From the NCBI GenBank assembly GCA_963977445.1, contig CAXBPH010000018.1, positions 1 to 42,893 on the forward strand: a DNA stretch of 42,893 bases, in the 5' to 3' direction. This stretch comes from an uncultured bacterium. Its GTDB lineage: Bacteria > Hydrogenedentota > Hydrogenedentia > Hydrogenedentales > JAEUWI01. Every line of letters starts with the position of its first letter. Position 1 is the stretch's first letter. The notes under the pieces were generated by a model. That model was not told the DNA's origin and made no database searches. It saw only the letters and a list, made by a program, of their open reading frames with translations. Positions 20,510 to 28,805 of the stretch are shown one piece after another. The position numbers were made by a program, and so were the translations under genes.

Positions 20510-21214
20510 ATGACAAAGCGGGTTTTGGTCGTAGAGGATGACAGCGCCATTCGACAGGGCATTGTCGATGCGTTGGCCTTTGACGGCTACGACACGCTGG
20601 AGGCCGGGGATGTTGCTGTAGGAAAGGATTCAGCCCTTGCGGCGGCCTACGACTTACTTTTGCTGGATTTGATACTACCCGATGGACATGGATTCGAAAT
20701 CCTCAAGGCGTTGCGCAAATCCCGACCTACTCTGCCGGTGATCGTGCTCACGGCGTTGGGCCAGGAACATGACCGGGTACGGGGCTTGCAGTTGGGCGCG
20801 GACGACTATGTGGTCAAGCCGTTCAGCGTGAAAGAACTGTTGGCCCGGGTGGCGGCGGTGCTTCGCCGTTCTCCGGGCCGTCCCAGCGATATGTCGACGT
20901 TGACCCTCGGGAGTCTGATCGTTGATTTCGAGCGGCGGGAAGTGCGTGATGGTCTGCGACGTGCCGAGTTGTCTGATCGGGAGATGGCGCTGCTTCGCTA
21001 TCTCGCGCAGCACGGAAATCGCGCGGTATCTCGCGACGAAATTCTCGCCAATGTGTGGCACCTCGATCCCCGTTCCATCGTTGAGACCCGCACCATCGAC
21101 ATGCACATCAAGCGACTTCGGGAAAAGCTCGGGGACTCTGCGGCCACACCCACGAGAATTTTGACGGTGCGCGGGAAGGGCTACATGCTGGTTTATGCTG
21201 AGGGGGGCGGATGA
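20510..21214 (+). CDS. OmpR/PhoB-family response regulator
   Basis: VLVVEDD, LLDLILPDGHG, GADDYVVKPF, winged helix TRTIDMHIKRLREKL...TVRGKGY. Confidence 0.95.
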   Translation: MTKRVLVVEDDSAIRQGIVDALAFDGYDTLEAGDVAVGKDSALAAAYDLLLLDLILPDGHGFEILKALRKSRPTLPVIVLTALGQEHDRVRGLQLGADDYVVKPFSVKELLARVAAVLRRSPGRPSDMSTLTLGSLIVDFERREVRDGLRRAELSDREMALLRYLAQHGNRAVSRDEILANVWHLDPRSIVETRTIDMHIKRLREKLGDSAATPTRILTVRGKGYMLVYAEGGG

Positions 21215-23106
21215 GACGCCGCCTGATTATTGGGTGTTTCGTCGTTGTCTGCCTTGGCATGGGGACTGGGGCGACGCTTTGGCTCAGCGCGACGGTGCTC
21301 CGCCTCGATCGTGAACAGAAGGCCTACGAGGAACTGGCCGCCCTGGAGGAACGGGTACGGCTGGCACTCTGGCGCATGGACTCGGCACTGGGACCCTTCA
21401 TTGGTGAAGAGAGCAAGCGACCCTTTGAATACTATCAATCCCTCTATCCCTTAGGGGAGGCCTACGATATATCGAATAACTCGCTGCCGGGCAATGTGCT
21501 TGCACCGTCGCCCCTCATGACCTTTGAATCCGCCTACATACAATTGCACTTTCAGCTCGAACCCGACGGGGAAATCGGTTCGCCGCAGGTGCCGCCTGAC
21601 GCGCAGCAGGCTCTGGCGGAGAAGAATTATCTTACCCCGGAGGCCGCGAAACGTGCCCGAGAACGGCTAACGGTCGTGCGCGGCCATCTGGACTATGATC
21701 GCGTATTGGCGTCCTTGCACGAGGAGATTGTCGACAGCGTGGGTAAGAGCGCGCCTTCGATGGTGATAGTCGGCATGGCCGGGGGCGTGACGCGGCAGGC
21801 CGAGAGCAACCGGATTGAGGTGAATGCCCGCGTGAATCAATACGACATTCAAAACAATCAGGATCCCATAACCATTCGCATGAAGGGGGGGACAAAAGGA
21901 GAGGCCGGGATTTTGAGCCGTCCACCAATTCCTGAAACGACGGCCCCGAACACCGCAGCTTCCGGAGTCGAGGATCGGCCCTACCAACCGGTTGATTTTG
22001 GCCGGATCTTTTCCGACCGTGGCGCGTCGGGAGAAGGGGGAATGAAACCCTTGTGGATCGACGATGAACTCTATCTGGTGCGGGTGGTGCGGGTGAATGG
22101 TCAAATTGTATTGCAGGGTTGCTGGCTGCAATGGCCGGCGGTCCGTCAATGGCTGTTGGGTCTCTGTACCGATCTCCTTCCAGAGGCACAATTGTTGGCG
22201 ACCGATCCCGGGGATCTGCACGACCCCGCGATGCCCGGCCGCCAATTGGCCGCGTTGCCCGTCCGCCTCGATGCCGGTGATTTGGCACCATTGGAATCCT
22301 CTCTGGGCAATGCCCGACTTCACGCCTATCTGGGGCTCGCTATCGGGGGCATTGTCCTCGCTACCTTGTCCATGGCGCTACTACTCTGGGGCGCGGTCAC
22401 CTTGAGTGAGCGCCGAGGTCGTTTCGTGTCGGCGGTAACCCACGAGTTGCGGACACCCCTGACGACCTTTCGCATGTATACGGAAATGCTCGCCGGAGGG
22501 ATGGTGGAGGAAGAGGGCAAACGTCAGCGCTATCTGGAAACCCTCCACGGGGAGTCCCGCCGCCTGGTCCATCTGGTGGAGAATGTCCTGGCCTATGCGC
22601 GCCTGGAGCGGGGCTCGCTGGCCTCTCGGCGGGTCGCAATTTCCGCCAACACGCTGCTGGAGCGAATCGAAGCGCCCCTGGCGCAGCGTGTGGAACAAGC
22701 GGGCATGACTCTCGTCATGGAGGCCGAATTTTCCGATGCCCAGCTGCGGGTAGATCCAGGGGCTGTCGAACAGATCCTCTTCAATCTCGTCGACAACGCC
22801 TGCAAATACGCCCGCACGGCCGACGATGATCGCATTCATGTGAATCTGACATGTGATGGGAGGCAAGTATGTTTTCACGTGGTTGACCATGGCCCGGGCA
22901 TTTTGCGGAAGGAACGGCACCGAATTTTCCAACCCTTCACAAAGTCCGTGCAGGAAGCGGCCCAGTCGGCACCTGGTGTCGGGTTGGGCCTGGGATTGAG
23001 CCGACGCCTTGCCCGCGCCATGGGCGGCGCCCTCTATCTCTCGACGGAAGCTGGCGCGGGAGCTTGTTTTGTGTTGCGTTTCCCCCGGGTTTCCGGAGAT
23101 AGCTAG
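21211..23106 (+). CDS. Membrane sensor histidine kinase
   Basis: Two TM segments; H-box THELRTPLT, N-box NLVDNACKY, G1 DHGPGI, G2 GVGLGL; ATGA overlap with the regulator. Confidence 0.94.
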   Translation: MRRRLIIGCFVVVCLGMGTGATLWLSATVLRLDREQKAYEELAALEERVRLALWRMDSALGPFIGEESKRPFEYYQSLYPLGEAYDISNNSLPGNVLAPSPLMTFESAYIQLHFQLEPDGEIGSPQVPPDAQQALAEKNYLTPEAAKRARERLTVVRGHLDYDRVLASLHEEIVDSVGKSAPSMVIVGMAGGVTRQAESNRIEVNARVNQYDIQNNQDPITIRMKGGTKGEAGILSRPPIPETTAPNTAASGVEDRPYQPVDFGRIFSDRGASGEGGMKPLWIDDELYLVRVVRVNGQIVLQGCWLQWPAVRQWLLGLCTDLLPEAQLLATDPGDLHDPAMPGRQLAALPVRLDAGDLAPLESSLGNARLHAYLGLAIGGIVLATLSMALLLWGAVTLSERRGRFVSAVTHELRTPLTTFRMYTEMLAGGMVEEEGKRQRYLETLHGESRRLVHLVENVLAYARLERGSLASRRVAISANTLLERIEAPLAQRVEQAGMTLVMEAEFSDAQLRVDPGAVEQILFNLVDNACKYARTADDDRIHVNLTCDGRQVCFHVVDHGPGILRKERHRIFQPFTKSVQEAAQSAPGVGLGLGLSRRLARAMGGALYLSTEAGAGACFVLRFPRVSGDS

Positions 23107-23123
23107 TCCGCACCAAAAAAAGC

Positions 23124-23159
23124 TTGACAAAAAACTCGATTAGAACTATAAAGATAGTT
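23124..23159 (+). promoter_or_regulatory. sigma70 promoter with overlapping palindromic operator
   Basis: TTGACA(23124)-N17-TATAAA(23147); palindrome AACTAT-AAAG-ATAGTT (23144-23159) covers the -10 box. Confidence 0.75.
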
Positions 23160-23206
23160 ATAGAAAATAAATATAGCGTCAAGTATCCACCAAGAGGATT
23201 GATATT

Positions 23207-23617
23207 GTGCCTTCGAAAAAGCAACCCACCCTCCACGATTTACCCGCCTTGTCGCGACTGGAACAGCGCATCATGGGCCTCGTCTGGAATTTGGGCGAGT
23301 GCAGCTCCGCCGACGTCATTGCCGCGCACAATCAGGGTGAACATCTGGCCGAAACAACGATACGCACCGTGTTGGCCAACCTGCGAAAGAAGGGGTATGT
23401 CGAGTTGGTGCCGACCATAGAGCGTCAACACCGGCTCAGGCCCGCTGTGAGCCGGGAAAAAGTGGGGAAGCGGACGCTGCGCGATCTCGTATCGGGCTTT
23501 TTCGGGGGGTCACCACGTCAGGTTTTTTCTTATCTCATTAAGGAAGAAAAGTTAAGCGAAGCGGACTTGGAAGCATTACGGCAGTTAATAGAAGAACGAC
23601 AAAAAAAAGGGTCATGA
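23207..23617 (+). CDS. BlaI/MecI/CopY family repressor
   Basis: LSRLEQRIMGLVW, LAETTIRTVLANLRKKGYV, FFGGSP, LSEADLEALRQLI; GTG start with AAGAGGA RBS. Confidence 0.93.
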   Translation: MPSKKQPTLHDLPALSRLEQRIMGLVWNLGECSSADVIAAHNQGEHLAETTIRTVLANLRKKGYVELVPTIERQHRLRPAVSREKVGKRTLRDLVSGFFGGSPRQVFSYLIKEEKLSEADLEALRQLIEERQKKGS

Positions 23618-23618
23618 T

Positions 23619-26600
23619 ATGGGCGAACTCGGGATAGTACTCAATGGGGTATTTGAAGACGCACCGATACTGGGGCGCGTGTTTTTTGCGAGCCTGGAGC
23701 TCTTATTGCTCGTGCCCCTGTTGGCTATTCTCACCAAACTTCGCCTGCTGCGCACCTATCGGTTGCAGTCCCTGCTTTGGGGCTTTGTGCTGCTCAATTT
23801 ATTGAGCGGCGTATTCATGAAGGCACCCTATGACCTGACCCTCTGGGAAAACCCACCGCCTGCGCCCGCCGCCATCGCAGCGGCACCTTCTCACATTTAT
23901 CGCCCTGATCTACGTGGGTCCATGACCGACAAGTCGGTTACCCCACGCATGGCGTCGTTGCGAGAGGTGCAGGCCGGCTTCGAGGTTCCCGTTGGGGTCA
24001 CGCCCCCTGCGGTTCAGCGCTCCACAAGCCCGTCATGGCTACCGTCGGTTACGTTTATTGAGGGGCTGGGTATGGCGTGGCTCGTGGGGGCCTTATTGAT
24101 GCTTGGCCTTCTTCTGATTGAGCGATGGCGCCTGGCCTGTTTGTTGGCGCGATCCCAAAAGGCCGGGTCAGCGCTGGTCGCCCAGTATGCGCGTGAAACG
24201 AAGGCCCTTGGCACCCGTTGGAAGCCCATACTTCGGGTAACAGAAGACTTAGAGACACCGGCGATTGTGGGTGTGTTACGACCGGTCATCCTCATTCCCC
24301 ATTGGCTGGAAGAAGAGGGAAGCACCGAGCAATGGTCGTGGACCTTACGTCATGAGCTGACCCACTGGCATCACGGGGACACCCTCGGCCAGATGCTCCG
24401 TCTGGTGACCCAGGCCCTGTTCTTTTTTCACCCCTGTGTCTGGTGGGCCGGTAAGCGGTGGGAGGAAGCGGCAGAACTGGCCTGCGACCGTTCGCTGCTT
24501 CACAGTGAGCGTGACGCCGTGGGATATGCCCAGGAGCTGTGTGAGTTGCTCGGTATGATCGGAAAACGTCAACGTCCCTTGATGTCGACGGGGCTCTTCG
24601 CCAGTCGAAGCCACATAGGACGACGTATTGAAACCCTTCTCGCGGATCCGATGGCCTTGCCCGGGCGCTTGCGTCTCTGGCAGAAAGCCCTGGCGGGTCT
24701 TGTGCTGGTGGGGTTGCTGGGGGTGGAGTTACACAGTGCAAACGCCGAACTCCGCACGGTGGCCCCGTTGATCTCGGTTTCCAGCCAGGTGAGGGCTTCT
24801 ACCACGGCACCGGGAGATCGGGTTTTGCAGTTTCCCGAGGAATACTCCATGGGGACCATCTATTTGAATGGAGAACGGATCGAGGCACAGGGGACCATCC
24901 AGGTGCCCGCAGGCGCGTCGGTTTCCTTGAATGTAAACGAAGCGGGTGCCGCTGACTTGTCGCCCCTGGCGCGTTTTGGTCCCGACGATTTGTATGGCAT
25001 TAATCTCCGGGGTACCTCGGTGCAGGACGAGGAGCTGGCCAACCTGTCCGGTCTGACCGGATTGCGTGATATTGATGTGGAGCAGACACCTGTGGGTGAT
25101 GCCGGCATGGCCCACTTGGCGGAACTGGTCAATCTGGAGGTTTTGTGTGTTGATGGCACCGCCGTGGGCGACGCGGGTCTGGCCTATGTGGAAAACATGA
25201 CCAACATGCGCGACCTGGAACTGAATCGGTCGCAGGTAACCGACGCGGGACTCTATTACATTCGCAATTTGACGGGCATCACCCGTCTCGACATGTGGAT
25301 GATTGATATAACGGACGAGGGCATGTCGTATCTGGCCAATTTGCAGAATCTGAATGAATTGGGCATCGAAGATACGTTGATTACGGACGCGGGTTTACGC
25401 TATCTCGAGGGGATGACTAACCTGGATGGCATCAACCTGGAGAACAACAACATTACGGACGCGGGGCTGGCCTCTCTGGCGAAGATTCCCAACCTGACAC
25501 GCATCAGTCTGGCGGATACCTATCTGACCGATGCAGGCATGGCCTTACTGGCTAAATTTCCCCGTCTTGGTGCCGCTATCTTGCCGGTCCAGATAAGCCC
25601 GGAGGGACTCAAGGCGCTGGAAGGGACCAATCTCGGCAGTTTCCTTGCCGGTGAATACGGTGCGCGACACGAGGTCACCGTGTATGTTACGGGTGAAGGT
25701 CGCCCGCTACCGGATGCACATTTTATGCTGGTGGAAGCCATGGGCCCGGGTAATGAAGAAGTCCATGTGTATCGCACCGATGGGACGGGAAAAGCCCAGC
25801 TCTACATGCCGGATCGCCGGGCACCCTATCAGCTTCGGGCCTTTGCTGCGGGCTACGTGACGAACGAGGCGGAATGGGCCGTGCCAACGCCGTCGGTACT
25901 TCGCCTGGATCTGGAAGCTGCGTCCGTCATCGGGGGCATGGTGGTGGACACGGCCGGCAACGCCGTATCGGGCGTCTCGGTATCGGTTCCGGTCCTCGGC
26001 GGTCACAATTGGGATTCGAGTGAGCCCTTGCCCCATGCGGTATCGACAGACGAAGGGGGACGGTGGACGTGTGATGTGGCCCCCAAGGATCTGAGCGAAT
26101 TCTGGGTGTCCCTGGACCATCCGAAGTATGCGACCACGACATACAACACCGCCGATCTTTCCGTGGCGACGCTGCAGAACTCGACGGCCGTTTTGACCAT
26201 TGCGGATGCCATTGGATTGCCCGGGCTGGTGGTCGATAAATCGGATAAACCGATCTCGGGCGTGCGTATCACCGAAATGGAAGAATGGCGGCAGCGCACC
26301 CAACGGGCGACAGGTCGTGCGGCGACAACGGACCGGGAGGGGATCTTCGAGATTCGGCCGATTCGACCTGGCGAGACCCTTCTCAAACTCGATGCTTCTG
26401 GCTACGCATCCCAAACGGTATCGGTCAATGTCGTTGCCGAGATGGAGCCCATCCGAATTGTCATGAGTTCTCCGGGGGTGCTGCGGGGCAAAGCCATCAA
26501 TAAGGAAGAAGAGCCCCTGGTCGGCATAGAAGTGCGGGCAACGGGCCTTGGTGAGGACGGGGTGACACTGGGTAGCTGGCGTGGCACTACCGACAGTGAG

Positions 26601-27557
26601 GGAAAATTCCAGTGGCCGGAAGCCCCGGAAGGCACGATACATCTTTCGTTCCGCCAAGGCGATAACAATTATCATTCGGCTCAATTGGAATTCACGAACA
26701 CGAGCGAAAAAGAAGAAGTATTTACCCTGCCATTCCTGAAAGGAATCGAAGCCGGTAAGGAATTGATCGACCGATTTAATACAGCACACCAGCCCGACCA
26801 GGTCGGGGGTGTCGCCTTCGACTTCACGGTGGAAGAACGCTTTGATCCCAATGAAGGGCCTCGGGTGCGTCGCTACGATGTCGCCCGTGCGGGCGATGGA
26901 CGCTATCGGGAGGCCCTTAGCTTCGGCAATGATGGCAAGGAGAAAACGCCGTGGCACCATTCCTGGAATGGGTCCGTCTATGTGCGCCATGGCCATCCCG
27001 CTGACGAGGACAGCGAAAAAGTCGACCTGAACCGCTACGAAATTGACTCCGTAGAACATGAGGCGGCCCATCTCGTCGAACTCGACTGGCTCCTGCTCTT
27101 CGTACGGGAACATTCTCCGACGCTTCGACATAAGGTCCTTACTTTTACGGGCAATGAAGTGGCACTGGGGGATGACGAGAAAACGATGATGACCATGCGT
27201 TTTCTCGATACCCGGAGTCTAATGGTTGATCGGCTTGAATATTTTGATGCGTCAGGCGGTAAGGTACTTAGCATAGAATTCGGCGACTTTTTCTTTCATA
27301 GGGGCGTAAGTTTTCCGTTGCGCGCGAATGTTACCTACAGCTACGAGGCGATGAATGGAGAAACGTCTTTCTTAATTCATCCTTTTTCGCCCCTGGATGA
27401 CGCCGAAGATTTCACGGTGCCACGGAGTGAGAAGGACATCGTGGTTGGGCATATGAAAACGAAAAAACTTGTGGCGGTGACGAACTCCGATACGACATCG
27501 GTCGCTGTCACAAAGAATGGGGACCTCTTCGCAAACTTGCTGAAAGAGTTGGAGTAG
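23619..27557 (+). CDS. BlaR1-like M56 metallopeptidase signal transducer with LRR and carboxypeptidase-regulatory-like domains
   Basis: TM segments, HELTH zinc motif, FFHPCVWW, ELACD; roughly 24-aa LRRs of the form L..L.L..T.vtDaGl; repeated G.VVD..G.P..G beta-sandwich motifs. Confidence 0.9.
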   Translation: MGELGIVLNGVFEDAPILGRVFFASLELLLLVPLLAILTKLRLLRTYRLQSLLWGFVLLNLLSGVFMKAPYDLTLWENPPPAPAAIAAAPSHIYRPDLRGSMTDKSVTPRMASLREVQAGFEVPVGVTPPAVQRSTSPSWLPSVTFIEGLGMAWLVGALLMLGLLLIERWRLACLLARSQKAGSALVAQYARETKALGTRWKPILRVTEDLETPAIVGVLRPVILIPHWLEEEGSTEQWSWTLRHELTHWHHGDTLGQMLRLVTQALFFFHPCVWWAGKRWEEAAELACDRSLLHSERDAVGYAQELCELLGMIGKRQRPLMSTGLFASRSHIGRRIETLLADPMALPGRLRLWQKALAGLVLVGLLGVELHSANAELRTVAPLISVSSQVRASTTAPGDRVLQFPEEYSMGTIYLNGERIEAQGTIQVPAGASVSLNVNEAGAADLSPLARFGPDDLYGINLRGTSVQDEELANLSGLTGLRDIDVEQTPVGDAGMAHLAELVNLEVLCVDGTAVGDAGLAYVENMTNMRDLELNRSQVTDAGLYYIRNLTGITRLDMWMIDITDEGMSYLANLQNLNELGIEDTLITDAGLRYLEGMTNLDGINLENNNITDAGLASLAKIPNLTRISLADTYLTDAGMALLAKFPRLGAAILPVQISPEGLKALEGTNLGSFLAGEYGARHEVTVYVTGEGRPLPDAHFMLVEAMGPGNEEVHVYRTDGTGKAQLYMPDRRAPYQLRAFAAGYVTNEAEWAVPTPSVLRLDLEAASVIGGMVVDTAGNAVSGVSVSVPVLGGHNWDSSEPLPHAVSTDEGGRWTCDVAPKDLSEFWVSLDHPKYATTTYNTADLSVATLQNSTAVLTIADAIGLPGLVVDKSDKPISGVRITEMEEWRQRTQRATGRAATTDREGIFEIRPIRPGETLLKLDASGYASQTVSVNVVAEMEPIRIVMSSPGVLRGKAINKEEEPLVGIEVRATGLGEDGVTLGSWRGTTDSEGKFQWPEAPEGTIHLSFRQGDNNYHSAQLEFTNTSEKEEVFTLPFLKGIEAGKELIDRFNTAHQPDQVGGVAFDFTVEERFDPNEGPRVRRYDVARAGDGRYREALSFGNDGKEKTPWHHSWNGSVYVRHGHPADEDSEKVDLNRYEIDSVEHEAAHLVELDWLLLFVREHSPTLRHKVLTFTGNEVALGDDEKTMMTMRFLDTRSLMVDRLEYFDASGGKVLSIEFGDFFFHRGVSFPLRANVTYSYEAMNGETSFLIHPFSPLDDAEDFTVPRSEKDIVVGHMKTKKLVAVTNSDTTSVAVTKNGDLFANLLKELE

Positions 27558-27916
27558 GCCGGATAAGCGGAAAGGTTCTGGGGTCTGCTCGATTGGGGAG
27601 GCTCCCAAAAATGGGGTAGTTCAAGGCGTTGGTGGCAATGGCACGTGGAGATAACAAGTGACATGCCGCCTCCTATGGCAGAAAATGAAAGGGCAAAGTA
27701 ATGAGCAAGAAAAATAATTCTGATTCTCGAATTGTGTGGCAACGGCGATGTGCTGGGTTGTTGATTCTGGTGTGCTGGGGCATGCAGGCCCTAATTTACT
27801 GTTCGGGGCTGGGCTACGCCCAGGAGCGGACGGAGCCTGTAGATAGAGATAGCGAACGAAGCTTTCACATTCTACAAAGTTCGCCAGAGATGATGGAAAA
27901 ACTCGTACGGTGGAAA

Positions 27917-28033
27917 GAGGCGGCAGAGGCGGCAAGGGTGGCAAGGATGATAAGGACGGCAGCGACGGCAGCGACGGCAGAGACTACAGGGACTACAGGG
28001 ACTACAGGGACTACAGGGACGGCAGAGACGGGA
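27917..28033. repeat. Degenerate 9-bp tandem array (13 units, core GGGACTACA)
   Basis: gaggcggca x2, agggtggca, aggatgata, aggacggca, gcgacggca x2, gagactaca, gggactaca x3, gggacggca, gagacggga. Confidence 0.92.
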
Positions 28034-28064
28034 GTAGAGTCGGTAATAGAGCCGGTGATTACTC

Positions 28065-28632
28065 TTAACGGTCCCTTCGTTGACGATCGCGCTCTGCCAG
28101 TCGGGCGTGGGTCATTCGTTCACGGAGGCCTCCTTCCGTAACGAAGGCTTCCTCTAATTGCTTAATCTGGCGATCAAGTAGGGCGATGCTTACCTTGGTC
28201 AGTCCACAGGATGGCGTTGGCTGAGATTGCGGGGTCGTCATGCTCCACGGCCTTTTTGAAGGTTTCATAGTTCGCGTTTGGTGTGCGCAATAACTCGGAG
28301 AGGCGACGGGCGTAGGGGTGAGACTTTTCCCATTCCTCGATGTCGTGGGTGCGTAGGAAATCGCGATAGTCTTCCAGGAGCTCGCCGAGGCTTGCTTTGG
28401 CTACGTTGGTGAGTTTGATTTCCATTTCCTTGGAGGTGCCGGAGGCCATGCTGCCCTCGGCGATATTTTGTTTTCCGGAGCGGGCCGCCTGGACCATTTG
28501 GTCGACTGTGCGGTCGCGGCGCTGGAAATGGCGTGCGCAGAAGCGGACCGTGGCGTCGTAGACGATTTCGGCGCGTTGGTAGGAGAGGAGTTTCTGGTAG
28601 CCGCCGTGGGTTGGGATAAAGCCTTTGGTCAT
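28065..28632 (-). pseudogene. Four-helix-bundle (23S rRNA IVP/Avd-like) protein with suffix domain, interrupted by a +1 frameshift near 28205
   Basis: GFIPTHGGYQKLLSYQRAEIVYDAT, RTVDQMVQAARSGKQNIAEGS, LTNVAKASLGELLEDYRDFL; the expected C-terminus [28 protein letters not shown] lies in the adjacent frame (ORF 28065-28268). Confidence 0.88.
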
Positions 28633-28652
28633 GTGAGGTTCCTGTGCGTTTT

Positions 28653-28697
28653 CAGGGACTACAGGGACTACAGGGACTACAGGGACTACAGGGACTA
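28653..28697. repeat. Perfect tandem array (CAGGGACTA)x5
   Basis: Five exact copies, 20 nt upstream of the four-helix-bundle ATG. Confidence 0.97.
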
Positions 28698-28771
28698 GCC
28701 AATCTTATTGGACATAGTCAAGATTTGCCAAGGCCCTCAAGAAAACTTGCGGTACACGCCGATTTTCATCG

Positions 28772-28795
28772 GTCTCTGCTGTCTCTGTAGTCCCT
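28772..28795. repeat. Inverted copy of the 9-bp repeat region
   Basis: Reverse complement AGGGACTACAGAGACAGCAGAGAC matches 28006-28029 AGGGACTACAGGGACGGCAGAGAC at 22/24 positions. Confidence 0.85.
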
Positions 28796-28805
28796 CAAAA
28801 AAACC

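Noticed and set aside
28065..28632. Diversity-generating retroelement suggested by the Avd-like gene
   Set aside because: No reverse transcriptase and no TR/VR pair with adenine-specific mismatches found in the window
27917..28697. Repeat arrays as a CRISPR array
   Set aside because: Units are 9 bp, head-to-tail with no spacers, and no cas genes are present
28468..28698. ORF ending in RDYRDYRDY
   Set aside because: Translation of the DNA tandem repeat, antisense to the four-helix-bundle gene
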